Of a stretch of 64,000 nt of DNA, positions 39,729-49,947 are shown piece by piece. The DNA comes from a bacterium. GTDB lineage: Bacteria; CAIWAD01. The stretch lies in the NCBI GenBank assembly GCA_030429345.1, contig JAUIFJ010000012.1:19898-83897 (forward strand), in the 5' to 3' direction. Below the pieces are notes generated by a model that worked only from the letters and a program-made list of their open reading frames with translations, had not been told where the DNA came from and made no database searches. Position 1 is the first letter of the stretch, and each line of letters begins with the position of its first letter. Position numbers and translations under genes: made by a program.

Positions 39729-41813
39729 ATGAAGACATGGATTCCGCTGCTCTGCGCCCTGGCTGGCCTGCTGCAGGCCCAGGACAGCCATCTGACCCTG
39801 GCCGGCGCCTGGGAGAAGGGCGCCTGCCAGGCGGCCAGCGCCCGCAACGACAGCCTGCTCTATGCGGGCAACGGGCACTTCATCGAGCTGGTGGATGTGC
39901 GCGACTGGTCGGTGCTGCAGCGTTTCTCAACGCCCTCTTTCATCCAGAGCCTGCTCTTCGAGGATGGCCGGCTGCTGTTGTGGCAGGAGGACAGCCTGAT
40001 CACCTACGACGCCGCCTTGCCCGGAAGCCTGGATCGCCTTGCGGCATGGCCCGAGCCCTGTTCCAACAGTGGACTCGCCGACCTGGAGGGCAGCCTGTTC
40101 AGTGCGATCCACGAAGACACGCTGCGAGTGTGGGACATGTCGGATCCAGGCGCTCCCGACCTGCTCAGCACGACCCTGCTGCAGCAAGCCAGTACGCGGA
40201 TCCTTGGCCAGGACAGCCTGCTCTGCGTACTCCACGACAACAGCCTGGATCTGTGGAGCCTGGCGGATCCGGCTTCGCCCGCCCTGCTGGGGGAAGTGCC
40301 GGGGCTGGCCACCTATCCCGCCATTGCCCGGGACGGCGATCGTCTGCTGGTCGAGAGCGAGGACAGCCTGAAGATCTATGACCTGGCCGACCCGGAGAAT
40401 CCGCAGCTCGAAGGCGCTTTCGAGCTTCCTGGATTTGTGATACACAGCTGCCTGTCGGGAAACCGGGCCGCCGTGTCGACTCCCTACACGCAATACCTGT
40501 ACAGCCTGATCGATCCGACCGCTCCCGGCCTTGTGGACAGCCTGGACCAGCCGAGTGGCGGACTGCTGCATTTCGTCGGGAACCGCCTGTGTCTGGTCTA
40601 CCAGACGAAACAGCAGAGTTGGCGCACCAGCCTGCAGGACGGGCTGGTCGAGCCGGCGACACGCTGGATGGGAGGCAATGCCGCCGGGCTGCATCTGGCC
40701 GGTGACCGGGCATTCGCCGGCTTCAACCAGGCCGGCTTCGCGATTCTCAGCCTGATCGCGCCCGGCGAGCTGAGCGAGCTCTTCGAGCGCCAGGACCCGG
40801 AAACCGGCGTCCGCGCGCTCGACGGATGGAGCACGCGCCTCGTCACCATTGACGGCAATGCCCGGTTCCGACTCCTGGACGCAAGCGGGCCCGGAGTGCC
40901 CGTGGAGCTCGGCGCCATGGATCTGCCGGCAGTCCCCGAGCTCTTCGTGGACGGGATCAACGCCTGGTGCATGGATGACGACAGCCTGCGCATGATCCGG
41001 CTGCTCGGGCCCTTCGCGCCGAGCCAGGCCGTCGTACTGCCTCACGGCTTGAGTGGCAGTTTTCAATATCCGACCAGCCTCTTCGGCGATTCGGGCAGGC
41101 TGATCCTGACCAGCTCGGGCTTTCCGGACGAATTGCTGAGCCTCTACGATACGAGCGATCCCGCCAACCCGCAATTCCTCGGGGACTGGATCGTGCCCAA
41201 TGAGGTGGGCCACCTCTTCAGGGGCGACCTGGAAGGATCGATGGGCGTGCTGCTGGGCACTTCCGGCATCCTGCTCTTCGAGTGGGACGAAGGCGCGCCC
41301 CAGACCCGCGCGCTGATCGATGTGAGCGTCGGCGACCTGCCCGACTGCGCCCGCCTCGACGGGGAGCGGTTGTGGCTGGGCAGCTACAGCGGCCTGCGCC
41401 TCTACTCCATCGCCGATCCGGAAGAGCCGATCCTGGCCGGCTACTGGCCCACCCCCGGGTCCCTGGTCAACCTAGAGGTGCAGGCGGACCGCGTCGTCGG
41501 GCTCGGCCCGACGGGATTGTATCACTGGGGCCGCATCGACACGGATCTCGACCTGGCTATTGCGCCCGTGCTCTCTCCGCAGGCGACGATCGAACTGAGC
41601 TGGAATCCGCTCTCCTTCGCCAGCGGCTACGCCATCTACAGCCGGTCGCCGCTGGAGGGCGCCTGGATCGCCCGGGCGCTTGTGATACAGGACCACTGGA
41701 TGGAGACTCCCTTCGGCAGCGCGCCGGCGAAGCGCGAATACCGGGTGGTTCCTCTCGCTCAGGCCCCGAACGAAATGCAACACACGAACTCCCGAACCAG
41801 GAGTGCCCGATGA
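39729..41813 (+). CDS. secreted LVIVD-repeat beta-propeller protein with a C-terminal FN3-like module
   Basis: A signal peptide MKTWIPLLCALAGLLQA is present. Repeated L-x-[IV]-x-D-[LIV]-[SA]-DP-x-x-P motifs are visible (LRVWDMSDPGAP, LKIYDLADPENP...). Confidence 0.6.
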   Translation: MKTWIPLLCALAGLLQAQDSHLTLAGAWEKGACQAASARNDSLLYAGNGHFIELVDVRDWSVLQRFSTPSFIQSLLFEDGRLLLWQEDSLITYDAALPGSLDRLAAWPEPCSNSGLADLEGSLFSAIHEDTLRVWDMSDPGAPDLLSTTLLQQASTRILGQDSLLCVLHDNSLDLWSLADPASPALLGEVPGLATYPAIARDGDRLLVESEDSLKIYDLADPENPQLEGAFELPGFVIHSCLSGNRAAVSTPYTQYLYSLIDPTAPGLVDSLDQPSGGLLHFVGNRLCLVYQTKQQSWRTSLQDGLVEPATRWMGGNAAGLHLAGDRAFAGFNQAGFAILSLIAPGELSELFERQDPETGVRALDGWSTRLVTIDGNARFRLLDASGPGVPVELGAMDLPAVPELFVDGINAWCMDDDSLRMIRLLGPFAPSQAVVLPHGLSGSFQYPTSLFGDSGRLILTSSGFPDELLSLYDTSDPANPQFLGDWIVPNEVGHLFRGDLEGSMGVLLGTSGILLFEWDEGAPQTRALIDVSVGDLPDCARLDGERLWLGSYSGLRLYSIADPEEPILAGYWPTPGSLVNLEVQADRVVGLGPTGLYHWGRIDTDLDLAIAPVLSPQATIELSWNPLSFASGYAIYSRSPLEGAWIARALVIQDHWMETPFGSAPAKREYRVVPLAQAPNEMQHTNSRTRSAR

Positions 41814-43837
41814 TCACGAAATGGATGCTTCTGCTGCTGGCCTCGGCGGCCCTGGCACAGGACACGCAACTGACCGGCGCGGGCGCCTGGGAGCACGGGG
41901 ACTGCCACAGCTTCGAATTCCGCGACGACAGCCTGGCCTACATGGGCAACGGCCACATGATCGACCTGGTCAACACGGCCAGCGGCCTGGTCCTGGAACG
42001 CTTCCGCACTCCCGAAGAGGTGGGCGCCCTGCGCTACGAGGACGGCCTGCTGCTGAGCTGGGGCCACGACAGCCTGCGCTTCTGGGACGCCACCCTGCCG
42101 GGCACGCTGGACTGGCTCGCCTCCTGGGAGGATCCAACCTCGACCAGCGCGCACACGGCGCAGGAGGGACGTCTCTTCTGCATGAGTCGCGAGGATTCGC
42201 TCTATGTGCTCGACATTGCCGACCCGGCCCTGCCGGTTCCATTCTGGCGGGGCGAGCTGCAGGAAGGCAGCTACTGGATCGACCTGGAGGACAGCCTGCT
42301 CAGCGTGCAGCGCACGGACGCGGCCCTGGACCTGATCGACCTCTCCGACCCTTTCAATCCCGCGTTTCAGAGCACGATCACGGGACTGCACGAATACCTG
42401 CCGCAGCCGGCCCGTCGCGGCCAGTACCTGCTGGCGCTGATGGACAGCCTGCGGCTCTACTCGCTGGCCGACCCGGCCTCTCCCCTGCCCCTGAGCGCCC
42501 TGCCGCTTCCCGACTCGCTGGCCATCGATGGCCTGGACATGGGGGGCGGCAAGGCGGCCTGCACCGATTTCGACGGCTTCCTGGTCTTTGACCTGTCGAA
42601 TCCGCTGGATCCGCAGCTCAGCCATTTCCAGGAAGTCTACGCCGGTTTCGAGCTGCCGCGCCTGCGGGCGGACCGCCTGGTCGTCGCCGGGCGCAACAAG
42701 TGCCGGATGCTCGACCTGGATTCGGCCGGCCTGCCGCTGGACGAGCGGCTAGTATACACCGGCTCCAGCGCTCCGCAGGGTCTGCACACGGTCGGTTCGC
42801 ATGCCCTGCTGGGCCTCAACATCGCCGGCATGGTCACGGTCGACCTGAATGCCCCGGGCGGGCCCCAGGAAGTGGGCGACCGCGGCAGCTGGCCCGTCGT
42901 GCGCGCCCTGGACGGGCAGGGAAACTGGCTCGCCATCGCCAGCGACGGGGACGGCCTGCAGATCCTCGACGCCAGCGATCCGCTGAATCTGCAGACCGTC
43001 TGGACCGCTCCCTCCTCCCCCTTCGACGACTTCCGGGTCGACAATGGACTGCTCTTCGGCTGGAACACGGATTCGCTCTTCGTGCTCGATCCCTCGCCGC
43101 CGAACTCCCCCGTGCTGCGGGATGCCCTGCCCCACTCAGGCTACTACATCTCGGACATCGCTTTGGGCGACGGCGTACTCATTGCCAGCTACGTCTTCGA
43201 CGACGAGGTCGAGTTCTTCGACATCAGCGATCCGGAGGCGGTCACCTCGCTGGGCCCCTGGACGCCGGCAGGCCTGGATGGACCGCGCGGGGGCGACATA
43301 GATGGCGGGCACGGGGTTCTGGCAAGCTATGACAGCCTCCTGCTGTTCAGCCTGGCGAGCGGCCAGCCCGAGCTGCGCAGCGCCCTTCCTGCAGAGGAGT
43401 TCGTCTTCCTGGAGGCCGTCTGGGACGGCGAGCGCCTCTTCGCAGCCTCCAGCGCCGGCCTGCACGTATACGCCGTGCCACGGTTGACGACTCCCATCGA
43501 GCTCGCCTTCTTCCCGACGCCGGAAGGCCTGCGGCAGCTGCACGTGGAAGAGGACCGCGTCCTGGCCCTGGGCACCACGGGGCTCTTCAGCTGGAGCCGC
43601 GCGGACACGGACCTGGACCTGCGCATCACGCCGGTCCTCGACGGGGCGGACACCATCGAGCTGAGCTGGAACCTGCAGTCCTTCGCCGCCGGCTATGCCG
43701 TCTACAGCCGCCTGCCCTACACGGGCCCCTGGGTCGAAGTGGCCCAGGTGACACAGGACCGCTGGACGGAAGCGCCCTTCGGCCCGACGCCGACGCTGCG
43801 CGAATACCGCGTCCTGCCGCTCGGCGAGCTGGACTGA
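41810..43837 (+). CDS. secreted LVIVD-repeat beta-propeller protein, paralog
   Basis: An AGGAG RBS is present and the ATG overlaps the upstream stop (ATGA). The protein is colinear with the upstream paralog and has the same C-terminal module. Confidence 0.6.
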   Translation: MITKWMLLLLASAALAQDTQLTGAGAWEHGDCHSFEFRDDSLAYMGNGHMIDLVNTASGLVLERFRTPEEVGALRYEDGLLLSWGHDSLRFWDATLPGTLDWLASWEDPTSTSAHTAQEGRLFCMSREDSLYVLDIADPALPVPFWRGELQEGSYWIDLEDSLLSVQRTDAALDLIDLSDPFNPAFQSTITGLHEYLPQPARRGQYLLALMDSLRLYSLADPASPLPLSALPLPDSLAIDGLDMGGGKAACTDFDGFLVFDLSNPLDPQLSHFQEVYAGFELPRLRADRLVVAGRNKCRMLDLDSAGLPLDERLVYTGSSAPQGLHTVGSHALLGLNIAGMVTVDLNAPGGPQEVGDRGSWPVVRALDGQGNWLAIASDGDGLQILDASDPLNLQTVWTAPSSPFDDFRVDNGLLFGWNTDSLFVLDPSPPNSPVLRDALPHSGYYISDIALGDGVLIASYVFDDEVEFFDISDPEAVTSLGPWTPAGLDGPRGGDIDGGHGVLASYDSLLLFSLASGQPELRSALPAEEFVFLEAVWDGERLFAASSAGLHVYAVPRLTTPIELAFFPTPEGLRQLHVEEDRVLALGTTGLFSWSRADTDLDLRITPVLDGADTIELSWNLQSFAAGYAVYSRLPYTGPWVEVAQVTQDRWTEAPFGPTPTLREYRVLPLGELD

Positions 43838-43932
43838 ACACGAGGACTCCTGTGAGACACCTTCTTCCCCCGCTGGCGCTCGCGCCCGGAATGGGCTAGT
43901 TCCAGGCCGGGGCGGAATAGCCTCCGGGAACC

Positions 43933-46290
43933 TCAGGGCGCCGTGCGGCAGGGACGGAAGCCGATCCCGGAAAATGCGCCGCTCGATCCCGGCAGGTTGT
44001 GATTGCGCTTGGCGCAGTTCACGTACAAAGCGCTGCTGTTAAAGCCACCACCACGATGCACACGGTGTGAGCCGGCCATCGCCCCGTGTGGATTGATTTC
44101 CGGCCCTGCAGGATAATCGTCATAGCGATCCCCGGTCCACTCGGAAACATTCCCCGCCATGTCGAACATGCCCAGGGAGTTCGCCCCGGCGGCATAGCTT
44201 CCACCCGGAGTCTTCCAGCCGACGAAATTGCCGGCATTGACCAGCGTCGCACTCGGGTAGGTGCTGCCCCAGGGGTAGGGCCTGCCGTCGGCCAGGCGCG
44301 CGGCGTACTCCCATTCGGCCTCCGTCGGCAGTCGATAGCCTTCGGCCGTGTAGGGATCGTGTCCGGCTTCCTGGTCCCAGTTGCCGTTGTAGTACGGAGC
44401 AAGCCCCTCCATGAGGCTTCGCAGGTCGCAGTAGACGGCGGCGCCGTACCAGGTGACCCTGGATGTCGGCAGGAACCAGGGATCGTAGCCCTCCGGATAG
44501 GCCGCCGAAGCTCCCGGGTGCGTCGAAGGGGTCACGCTGAAAAGGCCGTCCGCGAAAAGGATTTCCGAATCGTCGTAGTTCAGCCGGCAGAGACACTCTT
44601 CCCAGGCCCAGGCGCAACTGCCATACACCTCCACCATTCCATTGTCGACGCCCCACTGAAGTACCTCGAGGAACTCGGCATGTGTCACTTCCCGCGTGCC
44701 AAGCAGGAAGTCCTGCTGCAACGTCACTTCATGTTCGGGGGTTTCGATGCCGTCCAGTCCCATGGTGAAGGTGCCGGCCGGCACCAGGGTCATCTCGCCA
44801 GGCCAGGTCGGCGCTGTCGTGGTCGAGAAGCGCCAGACGGGGCCTGCCGTCTCGTAGCCTTCCGGATCGCGGGACACGATCTGCCAGTAGTAGATCGTGC
44901 TGTCGGCCAACGCGCCGGGATCGATGCTGAAGGCCGCCAGATCCACGGCGAGCGGGGCCCCGTCCATCGGCGAAGGATCCGTGCCGAAGTAGACATCGAA
45001 GACCAGCGGATCCTCATCCGTATCCGTGCCGCTCCAGGAAAGCAGGGAAACCTCTGCCACGCCGTACTCGTGCATGGCGGGAGAAGGGGCAGCAGGTGCG
45101 TCCGGCGCGTGATTGGCCGATATCCCATTGGTACGGCAGACGCGGAAGCCGATATAGCGGTTCGTCGTCACATGGCCCTGGCCAGACTTGCGCACCAGGC
45201 GCAGGGACCAGGCGCTGGCGGAAAAGCTGCCGCCTCGTGTCACGCCAACGCCGATCGACTGCGGTCCCAGGGGATCCACCAGGTCCCCGCTTTGAAGACC
45301 ATTGATATCTCCCGTCCACTCGGCCATGCTGCCGGCCATGTCCAGCAGACCGAGCGAACTCGCGCCTTCGGGGAGGCTGCCCACGGGAAGGGTCCAGCCA
45401 ACGCAGCCCGCGCTGTTGTTGTAGTTGACACGATCGCAGCTGACGGCTTCATCCCCCCAGGGATACTGCCGCATGTCGTCGAAGCGGGCGGCTCGTTCCC
45501 ATTCGGCGTCCGTGGGCAGACGGTAGCCGGGATGCTCATAGGGCGAATGCTCAGGAGTCTGGTTCCACTCCCCTTCATAGTAGGGGGGAATGCCGCTGCG
45601 AATGCTAAGCCAGTCGCAATAGCAGGCAGCGCCGAAGAAGCTGACTTCGCGCACCGGGTGATTGCCCGGATCGTAGCCAAGCGGATAGGCCTGGAAGGAG
45701 CTGGAATAGGAAGTCGGTGCCAACCGGAACTGCCCATCCTCGAAGAAGATCTCGCCCGTGTCCTCCAGGTCCAGGAGCAACATGCCGTAGGCATGAACTC
45801 CTCCGTCTTCTACTGTCACACGCCCCGTGTCATAGGCCCACTGCAGCTGTTCCATGTACTGGCGATTGGTGACCTCGAAGGTGCCCAGGAAATAGTCCTT
45901 CGACAAGGTGACCTGCTGCTCCGGGTAGCCCGCCAGATCATCGCCCTTGGTGAAAGTGCCCGCCGGCACCAGGGTCATGTCCGGCTCGTGAGGCAGGCCA
46001 ACGCTGTCGGCGACCACGCGGAAGAAACGGCGCTGAATGATTTCCCCGTAGCCGTCGCGCTCCGGGATCCAATGGCTGGTCTTTGCCGTCGTGAACAGCA
46101 GGCTCTCCTGCTGGAACAGTGTATCTCGAAGGACGACGGAATAGCGGTTGGCGCCGGCAACGGCGTCCCATTCCAGGGTGAAGCCATCTACACCATGCAG
46201 GGGCAAGGTCTGAATCGTCAATTGGGGTGTTTCAATTGCCTGGGCAATCGACACACAAAAGGATACAGCGATCAGGATCGAGGGGCGCAT
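43933..46290 (-). CDS. secreted double FGE-sulfatase (SUMF1)-fold domain protein
   Basis: The ORF was trimmed to the signal peptide MRPSILIAVSFCVSIAQA, which has a GGAGA RBS. Two FGE-like domains are present (MTLVPAGTFTxG ... YRLPTxAEWExAAR ... GNVSEWT). Confidence 0.75.
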   Translation of the reverse strand: MRPSILIAVSFCVSIAQAIETPQLTIQTLPLHGVDGFTLEWDAVAGANRYSVVLRDTLFQQESLLFTTAKTSHWIPERDGYGEIIQRRFFRVVADSVGLPHEPDMTLVPAGTFTKGDDLAGYPEQQVTLSKDYFLGTFEVTNRQYMEQLQWAYDTGRVTVEDGGVHAYGMLLLDLEDTGEIFFEDGQFRLAPTSYSSSFQAYPLGYDPGNHPVREVSFFGAACYCDWLSIRSGIPPYYEGEWNQTPEHSPYEHPGYRLPTDAEWERAARFDDMRQYPWGDEAVSCDRVNYNNSAGCVGWTLPVGSLPEGASSLGLLDMAGSMAEWTGDINGLQSGDLVDPLGPQSIGVGVTRGGSFSASAWSLRLVRKSGQGHVTTNRYIGFRVCRTNGISANHAPDAPAAPSPAMHEYGVAEVSLLSWSGTDTDEDPLVFDVYFGTDPSPMDGAPLAVDLAAFSIDPGALADSTIYYWQIVSRDPEGYETAGPVWRFSTTTAPTWPGEMTLVPAGTFTMGLDGIETPEHEVTLQQDFLLGTREVTHAEFLEVLQWGVDNGMVEVYGSCAWAWEECLCRLNYDDSEILFADGLFSVTPSTHPGASAAYPEGYDPWFLPTSRVTWYGAAVYCDLRSLMEGLAPYYNGNWDQEAGHDPYTAEGYRLPTEAEWEYAARLADGRPYPWGSTYPSATLVNAGNFVGWKTPGGSYAAGANSLGMFDMAGNVSEWTGDRYDDYPAGPEINPHGAMAGSHRVHRGGGFNSSALYVNCAKRNHNLPGSSGAFSGIGFRPCRTAP

Positions 46291-46348
46291 ATGGGTCTCC
46301 GGTGAATTCTTTCGTCCGAGATTTCTCTGTTTGCGTATGCATGCAGCC

Positions 46349-48700
46349 TCAAGGCGCGGTCCGGCAGAGACGGAAGCCTGTAATGGAAGTTGCATGATTC
46401 CATGTAGGCAATGCGCGCAGCCGCTTCGCCGTATGCAAGAGGTCTGCGGATCCCGCGAAGCCGCCTCCGCGCAGGACCCGCCGCGTGCCGCTGCCAGGAC
46501 CATAGGGATTGGAAACCGCAGCGGCTGAGTAGTCTCCGTGGCGATCGCCGGTCCATTCGGACACGTTTCCCGCCAGGTCCTGGATCCCCAATCCGCTGCT
46601 GCCTGCAGGATAGGATCCGGGCAAGACCGTCCAGCCGACGAAGTTCCCGGCATTGACGAGGGTCGCGTTGGGATAGGTCGCTCCCCAGGGATAGTCGCGC
46701 CCGTCACTGTAGCGAGCGGCATACTCCCATTCGGCCTCCGTGGGCAGGCGATAGCCCGCGGCCGTGTAGGGGTCGTGGGCAGCATTCTGATCCCAGTTCC
46801 CGTTGTAGTACGGAGGCAGTCCCTCCATCATGCTGCGAAAGTCGCAATAGGCGGCGGCTCCATACCAGGTGATGTGTGCGGCAGGAAGAAACCAGGGATC
46901 ATAGCCCAGCGGGTATGCGGCGTTGGCGGCTTCGTCGGGGGCGACACTGAAGTGTCCGTCCGCGAAGGTGATCTGGCTCCACTCCGTACCGAGCCGGCAC
47001 AGGTCCTGTCCCCAGGCCATGGCCGCGTCGTCCACCAGCTCCACATGGCCGTTGTCAAGCCCCCACTGCAAAGCGGTGAGAAACTCGGCGTGTGTTACTT
47101 CCTGCCTGCCGAGCAGGTAGTCCTGCTGCAAGGTCACAGTGTGCTCCGGCGTGGCAACCCCATTCTTTCCCATCATAAAGGTTCCCGCCGGCACCAGGGT
47201 CATTTCGCCCAGCCAGGATGGTGGCGTCGAGGTCGAAAAGCGCCACACCGGCCCAGGGGTCTCCAGCCCCTCCGGATCACGGGCGAGCACACGCCAGTAG
47301 TAGGCCGTACTGTCCGCCAGCATGCCCGGCGAATAGCTGGTTGCAGCCAGATCCGTGATGATCGGCGCCGCATCCAGTTGCGCCGGATCCGTATTCAGGT
47401 AGACATCGAAGACCAGCGGATCCTCGTCCAGGTCCGCGCAACTCCATGCCAGAGCGGCACCGTTGGCAACGCCATACTCCTGCCGCATGGGAGAGGGATC
47501 TGCCGGTTTCTCCGGGGCGTGATTCGTCGACACTCCATCCGTACGACAAATGCGGAAGCCGTGGTGCCTGGCGGCGACGCTTGGCCCGATCGTTCCCTTG
47601 CGCATCATGCGCAGATTCCAGACGGACTCCTCGAAACTGCCGCCCCGGCTGGTCATCGGACCAGAAACCTGTGACCCAAGGGGATCCACGGCGTTCGCGC
47701 TCTCGATGCTGTAGCGATCGCCCGTGAATTCTCGGATGTTCCCGGCCATATCGAGTACACCCAGTTCGCTTGCTCCAGCAGGCAAGCTGCCGACGGGCAA
47801 GGTCCAGCCCTCGCAGTTGCTGCCATCATGGTTGGCCAGGCTGCAGGTGGGGGCAGCCTCGCCCCATGGATAGTTCCGCAAGTCATTGGACCGGGCGCTG
47901 TATTCCCATTCCGCGTCCGTAGGCAATCGGTAGCCGGCACTCTCGTAGGGATTGTGATCCGGGCGCTGGCTCCAGTCGCCATTGTAGTACGGCGGCAAGC
48001 CGTTGCGCATGCTGAGCCAATCGCAGTAACAGGCAGCGCCGAAGAAGGTCACATCCTTCACTGGATGCTCGCCCGGGTCATAGCCATCCGGATAAGCGCT
48101 TGCCCCCAGGGCACTGGTTGTCGGCTCCAGGTAGAAGAGCCCGTCGTTGAAGCGGATCTCGCCGTCTTCTTCCAGATCCAGCAGGTTCAGGTCGTAGGCC
48201 TTGACCTGAGTGTTCTCGACGCTGACCAGCCCGTTGTCATAGGCCCACTGCAGCTGTTCCATGTACTGCCGGTTGCTGACTTCCAGGGTGCCCAGGTGGA
48301 AGGCCTTGCTCAGGGTGACCGTGTGTTCCGGATAGCCGGCCACATCGTCCCCCATGGTGAAGGTCCCCGCAGGCACCAGGGTCATGGCCGGTTCGTGTGG
48401 CAAGGCCACGCTGTCGGCGACCACGCGGAAGAAGCGGCGTGAGACAAGTACTCCTGTGCCGTCGCGCTCCGGAAGCCAGTGGGCAGTCTTTGCCGTCGTG
48501 AACAGCAGGCTCTCCTGCTGGAACAGTGTATCACGTAGCAGTACGGAATAGCGGTTGGCGCCGGCGACGGCGTCCCATTCCAGGGAAAATCCGGACTGGC
48601 CCTGAAAGGTGGATCTGTGGATCGACACCTGGGGTTCATCCAGGGCCTGCACGGTGGACAGGCCGACGAAAAGGAAACTGATCAGTAGGTGCGATTTCAT
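46349..48700 (-). CDS. secreted double FGE-sulfatase (SUMF1)-fold domain protein, paralog
   Basis: A signal peptide MKSHLLISFLFVGLSTVQA and an AGGAGA RBS are present. The protein is roughly 60-70% identical to the upstream paralog over its full length. Confidence 0.75.
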   Translation of the reverse strand: MKSHLLISFLFVGLSTVQALDEPQVSIHRSTFQGQSGFSLEWDAVAGANRYSVLLRDTLFQQESLLFTTAKTAHWLPERDGTGVLVSRRFFRVVADSVALPHEPAMTLVPAGTFTMGDDVAGYPEHTVTLSKAFHLGTLEVSNRQYMEQLQWAYDNGLVSVENTQVKAYDLNLLDLEEDGEIRFNDGLFYLEPTTSALGASAYPDGYDPGEHPVKDVTFFGAACYCDWLSMRNGLPPYYNGDWSQRPDHNPYESAGYRLPTDAEWEYSARSNDLRNYPWGEAAPTCSLANHDGSNCEGWTLPVGSLPAGASELGVLDMAGNIREFTGDRYSIESANAVDPLGSQVSGPMTSRGGSFEESVWNLRMMRKGTIGPSVAARHHGFRICRTDGVSTNHAPEKPADPSPMRQEYGVANGAALAWSCADLDEDPLVFDVYLNTDPAQLDAAPIITDLAATSYSPGMLADSTAYYWRVLARDPEGLETPGPVWRFSTSTPPSWLGEMTLVPAGTFMMGKNGVATPEHTVTLQQDYLLGRQEVTHAEFLTALQWGLDNGHVELVDDAAMAWGQDLCRLGTEWSQITFADGHFSVAPDEAANAAYPLGYDPWFLPAAHITWYGAAAYCDFRSMMEGLPPYYNGNWDQNAAHDPYTAAGYRLPTEAEWEYAARYSDGRDYPWGATYPNATLVNAGNFVGWTVLPGSYPAGSSGLGIQDLAGNVSEWTGDRHGDYSAAAVSNPYGPGSGTRRVLRGGGFAGSADLLHTAKRLRALPTWNHATSITGFRLCRTAP

Positions 48701-48947
48701 GAGGTTCTCCTGCGCTGTGTCCCTTTTTGCAAAGGTTGCTGTGTTCTTGAGGATGAGGAAGAGCAGACAGAACCGCAAGGACTGATCCGGACAACCGAAA
48801 ACAGCGTCGCGATCGATCGCCGGCTCACCCGGCTACGCCTTCACTGGATTTCCGGTATTGGTCGAAGGCGATGCGTGGTCGATTTTCCCTGTAGGCGAAT
48901 TGACATGCCTCATGGCGAATCCGGATCCCTTTCGTCTGCTTGACCGG

Positions 48948-49910
48948 ATGAAACTCTTTCCCTTGATGCTCTTGAGCCTCTGCTTCCTCCACCTGGCGGG
49001 CTGCGAGGACGATTCTCCTGCACCTCCAGACCTCGGCGAATGGGTCTTCGTTCCCGCCGGAAGCTTCCGCATGGGGGAAACGGGAACTGCCCGCGCCGAG
49101 CCGGAGCATGAGGTCACCCTGACCCGGCACTACTATCTGAGTCGCTACGAGACCACCAACCTGCAATTCGCCTCCATGCTTCAGTGGGCCTGGGAGAACG
49201 GACGCGTGCTCGCCGACAGCTCGGAAGTGCGCTATCCCTACGGGCAGCATCTGATCCAGCTGATGGACCTCTCGAATCCGGCCTGCGAGATCGCTTTCGA
49301 CAGTACGGGTTTCCGGGTACGGGCGTCACGGGATCCAAGGGCACTGGCTGCCTATCCCCAGGGCTACGAGGCGGAGCTGCATCCGGTCAAGCTGCTCTCC
49401 TGGCGGGCCGCGGCGCTCTACTGCGACTGGCGCAGCATCCGCAACGGCCTGGCCCCGTACTACAATGATGAATGGGAACAGGGCGCTGGCCATGATCCCT
49501 ACCTGGCGGAGGGCTTCCGCCTGCCGACGGAAGCCGAATGGGAACACGCCGCGCGCTACCCGGACTCCCGGGTCTTTCCCTGGGGCAACCAGCCCCTGAC
49601 GCCGCAGCGCGCGGCGTTCCGGCAGTCCTGGTCCAGTCCCGTCGGTTCGAGGCCTTCCGGGGAAAGCGCGCTGGGCCTGGCCGACATGGCGGGCAATGTC
49701 TGGGAATGGACCGACGACGGCTACGGCGAGTATCCCTCTGCCGCAGAGCGCCAGAACCCCCTGGGCCGCTCCGGCGGCTGGCCGCACACCATACGGGGCG
49801 GCTACTGGGACAACGGCGAATCCCTGTTGCGCACGACGGCGCGCACGAGCTTCGGAGTCGACTACCCGCATGCGGGCATCGGCTTCCGCGTCTGCCGGCT
49901 GCTTCCCTGA
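48948..49910 (+). CDS. FGE-sulfatase-fold lipoprotein (single domain)
   Basis: A lipoprotein signal MKLFPLMLLSLCFLHLAGC is present, together with the FGE blocks FRLPTEAEWEHAAR and GNVWEWT. The start is uncertain. An alternative TTG/ATG lies upstream. Confidence 0.65.
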   Translation: MKLFPLMLLSLCFLHLAGCEDDSPAPPDLGEWVFVPAGSFRMGETGTARAEPEHEVTLTRHYYLSRYETTNLQFASMLQWAWENGRVLADSSEVRYPYGQHLIQLMDLSNPACEIAFDSTGFRVRASRDPRALAAYPQGYEAELHPVKLLSWRAAALYCDWRSIRNGLAPYYNDEWEQGAGHDPYLAEGFRLPTEAEWEHAARYPDSRVFPWGNQPLTPQRAAFRQSWSSPVGSRPSGESALGLADMAGNVWEWTDDGYGEYPSAAERQNPLGRSGGWPHTIRGGYWDNGESLLRTTARTSFGVDYPHAGIGFRVCRLLP

Positions 49911-49947
49911 AGGCAAGAGCGCGTTTCGAAGAAGAGGAGTTCCCGGC

